Shown here piece by piece: positions 34,429-43,194 of a DNA stretch of 48,175 nt (within the stretch, counting starts at the first letter, position 1; every line of letters begins with the position of its first letter). Under the pieces are notes generated by a model. The model was not told the origin of the DNA. It was given only the letters and a program-made list of their open reading frames with translations, and made no database searches. Made by a program: the position numbers and the translations under genes. This DNA is from a virus (lineage: Duplodnaviria; Caudoviricetes): positions 1 through 48,175 of IMG/VR virus record IMGVR_UViG_3300037149_000276; one strand, 5' to 3'.

Positions 34429-35250
34429 TTGACAGAACACACAAACACCATTTCCGCGCCGGTTGTCCATATCGCTGACACCGCCATTACCGCGATCACC
34501 TTCAATGGCGAGCGCGTTGTCACCTTTTCGATGGTCGACCAAGTGCATCAGCGGCCGGAAGGAACCGCAGGGCGCGCATACCGCGACAACCGCGCACGCT
34601 TCGTTGAAGGTGAGGACTTTGTTGAACTCACATCCGACGAAATACGTCGGATGTCGGCCGAGGGTGTTTTCCCGCCGCGAACCGCGCGCGGAACAGTTCT
34701 TACGCGCCGCGGCTACCTCAAACTTACCAAGCCGATGACCGATAACAGAGCTTGGGAAGTGCAGGGCGAGATGATCGACCGCTATTTTGCCGTCGAGACC
34801 TCCCGCAGCAACGTGATCGCGATGCCGGACTTCTCCGATCCCGTCGCCGCGGCCCGCGCTTGGGCCGATCAGTATGAGGCCCGCCGGCTGGCCGAGCGGA
34901 CCAAGGCCGAAATCGGAACGCGGCGCGAGGCGACGGCCATGAACACCGCCAGCCAGGCGGTGAAGAAGGCCAATCGCCTCGAACTCGAACTCGACAAGGC
35001 GAAATCCTACGCGACCGTAAAGCGCATGACGATGATCTATCATGGGCAGGAATTTAGCTGGCGCATGCTCAAGCACGTGTCGTCCGAGATGGGAGTGCCC
35101 CCGATCGATGTGTTCGATGCGAACTACGGCACGGTAAAGGGTTACCACGCCGACGTGTGGCGCGAGGCCTATGCGCTGGAAATCCCGACTTCGGAAGCCT
35201 CTCAACGGGCGAGCTTTGCTGAGATGACTGACGCGGGGAGGGCCGCGTAA
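34429..35250 (+). CDS. Antirepressor-like protein, ORF6N (KilA-N-like) domain
   Basis: [21 protein letters not shown]...RFVEGEDF...[16 protein letters not shown]; [15 protein letters not shown]. Confidence 0.85.
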   Translation: MTEHTNTISAPVVHIADTAITAITFNGERVVTFSMVDQVHQRPEGTAGRAYRDNRARFVEGEDFVELTSDEIRRMSAEGVFPPRTARGTVLTRRGYLKLTKPMTDNRAWEVQGEMIDRYFAVETSRSNVIAMPDFSDPVAAARAWADQYEARRLAERTKAEIGTRREATAMNTASQAVKKANRLELELDKAKSYATVKRMTMIYHGQEFSWRMLKHVSSEMGVPPIDVFDANYGTVKGYHADVWREAYALEIPTSEASQRASFAEMTDAGRAA

Positions 35251-35534
35251 TGGCCGATGTTGTTTCTATCGAAGTGCGGCGTGCCGATACGGAAATGACG
35301 CGCTTGCTCGATATTATGGAGGCCGGCGGCGTTTGCGTGTTCCTGCACGTTCCTGGCACTGAACTCCTGCCGACTGCTCTGGCGTTCGAGTTTTACAAGG
35401 GCAGCCCGACGCCAGAAGCTATTGAGGCAGCGTGCCAAGCTGTCGAGAAGTACGGCTCCGGCGACGCCGCTTTCAAGGAGGCGGTTTCCAATTATCTTTT
35501 CAATGTTGGCGCCACTTACAAGCCGGCCTCCTGA
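35250..35534 (+). CDS. Hypothetical protein
   Basis: TAATG coupling, GGAGG RBS. Confidence 0.7.
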   Translation: MADVVSIEVRRADTEMTRLLDIMEAGGVCVFLHVPGTELLPTALAFEFYKGSPTPEAIEAACQAVEKYGSGDAAFKEAVSNYLFNVGATYKPAS

Positions 35535-35676
35535 CGCCGACAGTAGGATGGCCCAGCCTTAGGCCGAGAGTTGGCTTTCTCAACCTCGGCGACCCACGGG
35601 CGATCATGGCAGGCGAGGCGAGTTATGGCGTGGCAGTGCATGCCGGGGCATGTCGGGTTACGGCAGGCAAAACAAC

Positions 35677-35702
35677 GGGCGGCCCTAGCGGGTCGCCCTT
35701 TT
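35677..35702 (+). terminator. Intrinsic terminator
   Basis: GGGCGGCCC/GGGTCGCCC + TTTT. Confidence 0.65.
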
Positions 35703-35856
35703 CCATAGGAGGCCGCAATGGCCATTGACGCAGACTATGCAACCGGGATCAGCGACCGGCCCGATGGAGATCTGGCGCTCGAATTCCGGGCGGTCCTCAG
35801 GGAGAACAGTGCGGCCGTCGATGCGATGATGGCCGCGGCCGAAACGGGCCAGCAGA

Positions 35857-36138
35857 TCACCATGACAGTTCGCGATTTACGTTCGCCATCACCGCCTGAA
35901 GGGTTAGGCTACGGAAGAACGGATGCCACGGCTGCGGAGCAACAAAGCGCATAGAACGGCCGCTTGGCCACACAGGCACAACCGTTCCCTTCAGCCCAGC
36001 CCCCGCCGCTCGGGCCTGCAGTTCCGCAACGAATGCAGACTGATCGGCCTGCGTCTTGCGGTCAAAGCTGCCGTCAAGCGGCACGACAATCATGTCCTGG
36101 CCTTGCTCGTGCAGATGAGCGACTTTGTACTTTGGCAT
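35857..36138 (-). CDS. Hypothetical moron
   Basis: GGAGGGGG RBS before ATG 36138; globular composition. Confidence 0.72.
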   Translation of the reverse strand: MPKYKVAHLHEQGQDMIVVPLDGSFDRKTQADQSAFVAELQARAAGAGLKGTVVPVWPSGRSMRFVAPQPWHPFFRSLTLQAVMANVNRELSW

Positions 36139-36197
36139 TACTTCCCCCTCCATTTCCCTCATCCAATCTCAGGAAGGGGAGGGAGTCGAGTCAGGGG

Positions 36198-36653
36198 CTA
36201 CTTGCTCCCCACTTTGGCGAGTAGGGCGTCGTAAGCCGTCCCGAACCCCTCAAGGCGGACGGTCATTCGCTTCTCGCCGTCCGGCCACGCGTGGAACAAG
36301 ACATAAGCGGTGCCCCCCTGACGGAGCGCCGCAACTATAGCGGTGGGGTCGGTCAGCACGGGGCCATTGTCGACGCGGACGGATGGCGTTCTACCGGGGA
36401 AGTCGCTCGGGGTCAGCAGAAGCGGGCCTCGCCCATCAACATAGGCAATCTGGAAAAATTTCAGTTTGTATGTCGTGTCGCCGAAGGTGCCCGCAAAACA
36501 GGTTCGCTCATCCTTGTACTGGTCATCGTTGCATCGGACGCTCCAGCCCCCGGCCACCAGCGATTCATCATAGCGCTTCACCGAGTCAGAAATTGAACTG
36601 ACCGTCGAGCATCCTGCCAGCGCGAGCATCAACACGAACACTACTACGCGCAT
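36198..36653 (-). CDS. Lipoprotein moron
   Basis: MRVVVFVLMLALAGC lipobox. Confidence 0.8.
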   Translation of the reverse strand: MRVVVFVLMLALAGCSTVSSISDSVKRYDESLVAGGWSVRCNDDQYKDERTCFAGTFGDTTYKLKFFQIAYVDGRGPLLLTPSDFPGRTPSVRVDNGPVLTDPTAIVAALRQGGTAYVLFHAWPDGEKRMTVRLEGFGTAYDALLAKVGSK

Positions 36654-36780
36654 ACCGTTTCCCCCCAAGTGTTGCGGGGACGCTAGCGCATGGTTTGGAG
36701 GCTGACAAATGGAAGATATCGCTGCACTTGGGCTGACCGCCCGCATGGACGGTGGCGCGCTGCCAGTCATGTGGCGGCGC

Positions 36781-37140
36781 TTAGTCAGGCATGGTGACGA
36801 CAACGCCGCCGGTCGGGCTATCAGGGGAAAACGTCAGATTGATCGTCCCAGTTGTGTCGCCGTAGGGGCCACACCGCTGCGCGCCGCGCGCGAGGGCGGA
36901 GGCGACGTTCTTTCCTTGGGCCGTTTTGGGTTCGTAGCTCTTCACGTCAATCCGTCGAAGTTCTCCGCCCGATAGCTGAACATCCATCACAACTTTGAAG
37001 GCCAGTCCCGCGATGTCCGGCGGGAGCGCGCTGCATTCTGAGATGCTCTGCGCAAGCGCAGCCGAAACGTCGTCGGCAGCTGAACAACTCGGCCCCACAA
37101 CCATCCCGGCTAGCAGCCCGCAAAGAAAAATCCCCTTCAT
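36781..37140 (-). CDS. Secreted protein resembling the TolA/TonB C-terminal domain
   Basis: Signal peptide; ISEC..LPP...VVMDVQL..G.L...ASALARGAQRCGPY. Confidence 0.6.
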   Translation of the reverse strand: MKGIFLCGLLAGMVVGPSCSAADDVSAALAQSISECSALPPDIAGLAFKVVMDVQLSGGELRRIDVKSYEPKTAQGKNVASALARGAQRCGPYGDTTGTINLTFSPDSPTGGVVVTMPD

Positions 37141-37187
37141 TAATCCCTCCTGCTTGTCGGGTGGAAGCTATTTCATGAGGCCATCCA

Positions 37188-39446
37188 TTGGAAGACATCG
37201 CAGTTCTTGGCCTTAGCGTCGACTCGCGCCAGGTCACATTGGCGGCCGCCGACCTCAAGAGTTTCGAGATGCAGGCAGGGAAGGCCGAACACGCCGCAAA
37301 AGGCTTGGAGACTGCCGCTGGGTTGCTGACGAAGGCTATGGGGTTTCTGGGCGCAGTGTTGAGCGTCCAGCAGCTTATCCGAATGACCTCTGCATGGACC
37401 GACTTGAACAGCCGCGTGGCCAATGCCGTTGGCTCGCACGAGGCAGCAGCGGCGGCGATGAAGCGCATCGATGAAATGGCGCGGCTCACCTACTCGTCGC
37501 TGGACCAGACCGCCGAGACGTTCTTGCGCAACTCCAAGGCGCTCAAGGAACTTGGCTATTCGACCGACAAGACGTTCGATTTCGTCGAAAGTTTGAACAA
37601 TGCTCTGGTGGTATCTGGCGCCAAAGGTGAGCGGGCCGCCCAGGTGATGAACGCCCTGTCGAAGGCTATCGGCCTCGGCAAGCTTTCGGGCGAAAACCTC
37701 AACACGGTTCTGGCGACCGGCGGCCGCGTTGCAGAGGCACTTGCTGATGGCCTTGGCGTTTCGACGCTCCAGCTGCGCAAGCTGGGATCGGAGGGCAAGC
37801 TCACCACGTCAAAAGTCATCGAGGCGCTCACCTCCCAGTTGGAGAAACTGCGGAATGAGGCCGAGGCGATGCCCGCGACGATCGAGGATGCATTCACCCT
37901 CATGGGCAACGCCATCCTCAAGACCGTCGGGAAGATCGACGAATACACCAAGGCATCTGCGACGATGGCCGACGCAATCATCGCGATCGGCGACAACATC
38001 GACATCGTCATCCCCGTCATCGGTGCTCTCGCCGGCATTCTCGTGGTGGCGTTGATCCCCGCGCTGGTCGCCACGACCGCGGCCTTTGCGGCCTTTGCTC
38101 TCACGCCTATCGGGCTTATCGCCCTTGGCATCGGCGCCCTCGCCGCAGCCGCGACGTACTTCTGGAATGAAGGGCGCAAGGCCGCGCAGGCGGCAGAAGA
38201 GATGAACTCGTCGATCAAGGCCAACAATCTTAGCCTTGAAGCGGCGAAGACCGGTACGCGCGAGTATCGCGAGGAACTGCACAAGCAGATCGAAACGCAA
38301 CTGCGGGCGACGGCGGCCACGCTTGCGCTAGCCGATGCCCAGACCCTGACTTCGCGGAAATATGTGGCCTCGTTGCAGACGAGCATCAAAAACAACCCGC
38401 TCGATCTTGGCGCCCGGGTCGCGCTGCCATTCGCCCAAAATGACGAGCGAAATAATATGGCAAAATCGCTTGCCCTTGATGCTGCCTATCAAAAGATCGA
38501 ACAGCAACTGGCGGAGCTCGATGCGTTGGGGCCGGGGAAGCCCGGCGCCAAGCCTCCGGGGCTCCCCGACGATGCTGCGGGCAAAGCCGCCAAGGCCTAC
38601 GATGATCTGGTCAAATCTGCCGGCGCCCGCATCGACCAGATGAAGGTTGAGGCCGCCACGCTCGGGATGACTGACGCCGCCGCGCTCAGCCTCACCAATA
38701 CCCAAGACCTGATGAATGAGGCGACCAAGGCCGGGATCGATCTCTGGTCGGTTGACGCCGAGACCGGCGAGTTGCGCATCCAGCAAATCCTAAAGTTGTC
38801 GGACTCCCTGACCGAGGCCCAATTGCGCCTTGAGGGGTTGCACATGACCATGGCGAACCGCGCGCCATGGGATGCCATGGGCGACGCAATCGCCAATCTT
38901 CAAGAGCAACTCGACAAAGGCAACATTGGCGTCCGTGATTTCCAGTTGGGCGTTGGGCAGGCGGTCGAGGAGATGGTCAGGAGCTACGCTTCAACCGCTG
39001 GAGTGTTGCTCGACAGCGTGGAAATGCTGACCCAGAACATGGGTCTAAAAGGCAAAGAAGCCTTCGAGATGCAGAAGCAGCTATCGATGGCCCGCGCGGT
39101 CGTGGCTGGTGGCGAAGCGATCGTGCACGCCTACAATGCCGGCGCCGCGCTGCCGGGCGGCCCTGTCACTGGCGCGATTTTCGCCGGGGTCGCCGCTGCG
39201 GCCACAGCCGCACAGATCGCCTCGATCGCCAGCACGACCTACACGAGCAAGAGCCTGAACGCGTCCGCAGCGAGTGGCGGCAGCGCAGGCAGTTCGGCCG
39301 CCGCGCCGGCTAGTTCCGGCACCGCGATCAACCTGACAATCAAGGGCTCCGGCGTGATGAACGTCGACGACTTCGCCAACCAGCTCACCAAGGGTATTGC
39401 CGACGGCGGCCATCAGGCTCTGATCAACGTCATCAGGGCCGCGTAG
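37188..39446 (+). CDS. Tail tape measure protein
   Basis: 752 aa, Ala-rich helical, tape-measure N-domain (ALVVSGA...LSKAIGLGKLSGENLNTV), TM segment. Confidence 0.93.
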   Translation: MEDIAVLGLSVDSRQVTLAAADLKSFEMQAGKAEHAAKGLETAAGLLTKAMGFLGAVLSVQQLIRMTSAWTDLNSRVANAVGSHEAAAAAMKRIDEMARLTYSSLDQTAETFLRNSKALKELGYSTDKTFDFVESLNNALVVSGAKGERAAQVMNALSKAIGLGKLSGENLNTVLATGGRVAEALADGLGVSTLQLRKLGSEGKLTTSKVIEALTSQLEKLRNEAEAMPATIEDAFTLMGNAILKTVGKIDEYTKASATMADAIIAIGDNIDIVIPVIGALAGILVVALIPALVATTAAFAAFALTPIGLIALGIGALAAAATYFWNEGRKAAQAAEEMNSSIKANNLSLEAAKTGTREYREELHKQIETQLRATAATLALADAQTLTSRKYVASLQTSIKNNPLDLGARVALPFAQNDERNNMAKSLALDAAYQKIEQQLAELDALGPGKPGAKPPGLPDDAAGKAAKAYDDLVKSAGARIDQMKVEAATLGMTDAAALSLTNTQDLMNEATKAGIDLWSVDAETGELRIQQILKLSDSLTEAQLRLEGLHMTMANRAPWDAMGDAIANLQEQLDKGNIGVRDFQLGVGQAVEEMVRSYASTAGVLLDSVEMLTQNMGLKGKEAFEMQKQLSMARAVVAGGEAIVHAYNAGAALPGGPVTGAIFAGVAAAATAAQIASIASTTYTSKSLNASAASGGSAGSSAAAPASSGTAINLTIKGSGVMNVDDFANQLTKGIADGGHQALINVIRAA

Positions 39447-40253
39447 ATGATCTATATCTCGCCCGCCATCGTACTCGCGCCGTCGTCTCTTTCGACCCTC
39501 GCGTTTCCGGCCTTCCTATGGGAAAGCCTCGTCACGGTCGGCGGCATCGCGGCTGACCGTGAAGATGCCAACTATCCCGCGACGAACCTTGCGAACCCGC
39601 AGACCTCGTCACTGTGGAAGTCCGGCTCGACGGCCAGCCAGAACATCGTTTTCGATATCGACCCAGATCAGCCGGTTGATGGGATCGGGGTCAGCCGTCA
39701 CAACTTTGGCTCGGGCTCGGTCACGGTCAAAATCTACGGCATCGCGGCCGAACCGGGAGCGGTGTGGAAGCTTTTGGCGGAATTAGTGCCCGGGGACGAC
39801 ACGCCGCTCTTTGCGATCGTGGAGGGTGGCTATTACGTGCAGGTCAAGATCAGCCTCACGCCCACGACGGTCGCTCCGCAGGCGGCAACGGTATACGTCG
39901 GCACAGTCCTGCGCATGCCGCGCGGCATCCCGCCGGGGCACACGCCGATCGTCGACGCCCTCGACCGCGAACTACTGTCGGGGATTGCTGAGAATGGTGA
40001 CTTCCTCGGCGACATCATCACGTCTCAGCGCCTCGCCACCACCGTTGAGTTCCGCCTGCTCGACGGCGACTGGTATCGCGCCAATATGCGACCGTTCGCG
40101 AAATCGAACCTGCCGTTCTTCTTCGGGTGGGCGCCCGCGCTCTACCCCCACGAGATGGGCTTTGCGAAGTTCGCGCGCACGCCAAAGCCGACCATCAGCC
40201 AGGCTACCGGCGCGATGGATGTGTCGCTGCAGGTCACGGGGCTGGCGCTCTGA
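39447..40253 (+). CDS. Distal tail / minor tail protein
   Basis: Directly after tape measure; beta-rich, YPATNLANP. Confidence 0.7.
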   Translation: MIYISPAIVLAPSSLSTLAFPAFLWESLVTVGGIAADREDANYPATNLANPQTSSLWKSGSTASQNIVFDIDPDQPVDGIGVSRHNFGSGSVTVKIYGIAAEPGAVWKLLAELVPGDDTPLFAIVEGGYYVQVKISLTPTTVAPQAATVYVGTVLRMPRGIPPGHTPIVDALDRELLSGIAENGDFLGDIITSQRLATTVEFRLLDGDWYRANMRPFAKSNLPFFFGWAPALYPHEMGFAKFARTPKPTISQATGAMDVSLQVTGLAL

Positions 40254-40648
40254 TGATCCAAGACCACTGCACGGCAGGGCCGTTGAGCAACTGGCTCAAC
40301 GGGCTAATCGGCATGTGCTGCGACGCGCATGACCTGGCCCTCGATCACACCACAGACATCGGGACATTCGTCATGGGAAACTGGGACTTCTTCGTGTGTG
40401 CCTGGCAATTGCACCCGTGGCTCGCGCCCGTCGTCTTTCTCGCGGTGTCGGGACCGGTCGGGCTTTGGCTCTACTTCTTCGGGCAGAAGCGGAAGGACGA
40501 ACAGTCGTTCAATCTCACGGTGCGCGGGAGTGGCGCAGTGGACGTGGACGAACTCGCCCGGCAACTCTCCGCGCGCATTCGCGACGGCGACCTTCAGGAC
40601 CTGGTGAAGGCTATCCGCGACGATGATGTTCGGAGCCCGCCGCAATGA
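40253..40648 (+). CDS. Small membrane protein with PLA2-like CCxxHD motif and tape-measure-like C-terminus
   Basis: DHCT...CCDAHD...DFFVC, TM, then FNLTVRGSGAVDVDELA. Confidence 0.6.
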   Translation: MIQDHCTAGPLSNWLNGLIGMCCDAHDLALDHTTDIGTFVMGNWDFFVCAWQLHPWLAPVVFLAVSGPVGLWLYFFGQKRKDEQSFNLTVRGSGAVDVDELARQLSARIRDGDLQDLVKAIRDDDVRSPPQ

Positions 40649-43128
40649 CCGCCCGCCGCTGGCTGACCTTTGTTGAAATCGACATCTCGTATGGCACCTG
40701 CACCTATGGCGTGTCGCCGTGCGTGGCGAGGATCGGCACGACGGGCACGCAGAAATGCTTCAACACCTTGGGCAGCTGCCAGGACCGCGCCCATTATGCC
40801 GAGAGCTTTGTCACGCTGCGCTTCGTCAAGGACGCGGGGTATCAGGCCGAGAGCGACATCGAGGCGATCCCGTCGCTGCTTGATGCCGACCTGACGCCGA
40901 GCGAGGTGTCGCTGGGCGAGGGGCTGGGCCGCAGGGCCTCGGTCACCTGCAGCTTTCGCGGCCATCCGCATGCGGATACGGGGCAGGGCTTTGACAAGTA
41001 CCGGGCCAGCCGCGGCTACAATCCCTATGAGCAGGGCTGGTTCTGGGCAAAATTCGCGGCGCGGCATCCGAATTTGCGCGGCAAGAAGCTGCGCGTCATC
41101 CAGGGCTATCTCGGGCAGGCGCTCGAGGAGATGGAGGCGCGCCACTACATCATCGACTCGGTCGACGGGCCGTCGCTCGACGGCAAGTTCTCGATCGTCG
41201 CCAAGGATCCGCTGAAGGCACTCGACGGTGAGCGGGCGCAGGCGCCGAAGATCAGCACGGGCTTTTTCGCGGCCGATGTCACCGAGACGGCCACCACGGC
41301 GACGCTGGCGCCGGCCGGCGCCGGCAATGCCGGCTATCCGGCGGCGGGCTGGGTGAGCTGCGGCAGCGAGGTCATCGCCTTCACCCGGGCCGGCGACGCG
41401 CTGACCCTGACGCGGGGGCAGCGCGGCACGACGGCCGATGCGCACAAGGCCGGCGACCGGGTGCAACTCTGCCTTGCCTATACGGCGCAGAGCCCGGCCG
41501 ACATCATCGCCAACCTCGAAACCGTCTATGCGCCGATCGATCCCGCCTATATCCCGCTGGCCGACTGGCGGGCCGAGGTCGCGGCCTATAACGGGCAGGT
41601 CTATACCGCGTTCATTTCCGAGCCGACCTCGGTCAAGACGCTGGTCGCCGAGCTGATCGAGCAGGCGGGCCTTGCCACCTGGTGGGATGAGGTGGGAGAA
41701 AAGCAGCGCCTGCAGGTGCTGCGCCAGATCGCGACCGACGTGCAGCGGTTCGATGAGACGATGATCCGTCAGGGTTCGTTGCGGATCACCGCGCAGCCCG
41801 ACAAGCGCTTTTCACAAATCTGGGCCTACTTCGCGCAGCGCAACCCGATTGAGGGTGATGACCTCAAGAATTTCCCGGGCGTGGTCGCGCTCGTCAACGC
41901 GGACGCCGAGGCGAACTATGGTTCGCCCGCGGTGAAGACCATCGTCAGCCGGTGGATACCGACCGGCGGCCGGCTGATCGCCGAGCGGCTGACCGAGATC
42001 CAGCTCGGTCGTTATCTGATGCCGCCGCGCAAGGTCGAGTTCGACCTCATCGAGAGCGACGGGCTGGCCCTGCCGGTGCAGGGCGGCGGCTACAGGATAT
42101 CGGCGCCGATGCTGCAGGGCGTTGATGGCGCGCGGGTCGAGATAGCCATCCAGGTCACCAGCATTCGCCGCAAGAATGGGGTCTGCTCGGTGACGGCGGA
42201 AGAACTCAACTGGGTCGACCTCAAGGCCAGCGATCCGCTCAACCGCATCATCACGATCGACTATGCCAGCTACAACCTCAGCCTCCGCACCCTGCACGAC
42301 AATCTCTATGGCGCGCCGGTTCCGGGGGGCACGGTGACGCTGATCCTGTCTTCGTCGGCGCGGATCGGCTCGACCGCTGCCGCGCAGTCGGCGCTGCAGA
42401 CCGGCGTCTGGCCCACCTCGGCGTTCACGGCCACGCGCACGAATGGCGGCGCGACGCTGACGGCGATTTCTAATACATCGGCGTTTGTCGTCGGTCAGGC
42501 GGTCACCGGAACGGGCATCCAGAACGGCGCGCGCGTCGTCTCGAAGACCGCCAATTCGGTGACCCTCGACAAGGCCGCGTCGGCCTCGGGCACGAGCAGC
42601 CTGACGCTGCACCTGGTCATTCTCAATCTGGTCATCAATGGCCAGATCATCGGCAAGGGCGGCAATGGCGGTAACGGCAAGGGCGGCGACAACAACACCG
42701 GCGGCCGCGGTGCCGATGGCGGGCTCGGCCTCAAGGTCGAGGTGCCGGTCAATATCACCGGCACCGGCAAGATCGACGGCGGTGGCGGCGGTGGCGGCGG
42801 CGGCGGCGGCGACTACCAGGGCTGGTTTGGCCCGCAGGTCAATGGCGGTGGCGGCGGCGGTGGCGCCGGTGATGTCGCCGGCGACGGCGGCGCGGCCGGC
42901 GCCAGCAATGCACGGGCGGGCTCGCCCGGCACGCCGTCGGCCGGCGGCAAGTCCGGCAGCAGCAGCAATGGCTGGCATGGCGGCAAGGGCGGCGATCCGG
43001 GGCAGGACGGCAGCAATGCCACCGGCGATTTCGCCGGCACCAGGGGCGTCGCCGGCGCCAGCGTCAACGGCGTGGCCCTGATCCGCGACGATGCCTTTAC
43101 CGGCGCCTATCGCGGCGCCAAGACCTAG
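40645..43128 (+). CDS. Tail tip / hub protein with Gly-rich C-terminal domain
   Basis: N-terminal Cys cluster (C..G.SPC...CFNT..SCQD), LTRGQRGT..AH, GGGGGG repeats. Confidence 0.8.
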   Translation: MTARRWLTFVEIDISYGTCTYGVSPCVARIGTTGTQKCFNTLGSCQDRAHYAESFVTLRFVKDAGYQAESDIEAIPSLLDADLTPSEVSLGEGLGRRASVTCSFRGHPHADTGQGFDKYRASRGYNPYEQGWFWAKFAARHPNLRGKKLRVIQGYLGQALEEMEARHYIIDSVDGPSLDGKFSIVAKDPLKALDGERAQAPKISTGFFAADVTETATTATLAPAGAGNAGYPAAGWVSCGSEVIAFTRAGDALTLTRGQRGTTADAHKAGDRVQLCLAYTAQSPADIIANLETVYAPIDPAYIPLADWRAEVAAYNGQVYTAFISEPTSVKTLVAELIEQAGLATWWDEVGEKQRLQVLRQIATDVQRFDETMIRQGSLRITAQPDKRFSQIWAYFAQRNPIEGDDLKNFPGVVALVNADAEANYGSPAVKTIVSRWIPTGGRLIAERLTEIQLGRYLMPPRKVEFDLIESDGLALPVQGGGYRISAPMLQGVDGARVEIAIQVTSIRRKNGVCSVTAEELNWVDLKASDPLNRIITIDYASYNLSLRTLHDNLYGAPVPGGTVTLILSSSARIGSTAAAQSALQTGVWPTSAFTATRTNGGATLTAISNTSAFVVGQAVTGTGIQNGARVVSKTANSVTLDKAASASGTSSLTLHLVILNLVINGQIIGKGGNGGNGKGGDNNTGGRGADGGLGLKVEVPVNITGTGKIDGGGGGGGGGGGDYQGWFGPQVNGGGGGGGAGDVAGDGGAAGASNARAGSPGTPSAGGKSGSSSNGWHGGKGGDPGQDGSNATGDFAGTRGVAGASVNGVALIRDDAFTGAYRGAKT

Positions 43129-43184
43129 TTTTGTCGCGTTTTCGAAGCGGAAAACCGCTTCGCACTTTTCCTGAATACGCTCTG
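43126..43184 (-). repeat. Partial rhizobial palindromic intergenic repeat (RIME/BRU-RS/CIR-like)
   Basis: Minus strand AGAGCGTATTCAGGAAAAGTGCGAAGCGGTTTTCCG...CGCGACAAAAC; hairpin CGAAGCGG-AAAA-CCGCTTCG. Confidence 0.6.
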
Positions 43185-43194
43185 GGAGACTGCA

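Noticed and set aside
42655-43000. GGC-rich tracts as microsatellites or phase-variable repeats
   Set aside because: They simply encode the Gly-rich domain of the tail-tip protein.
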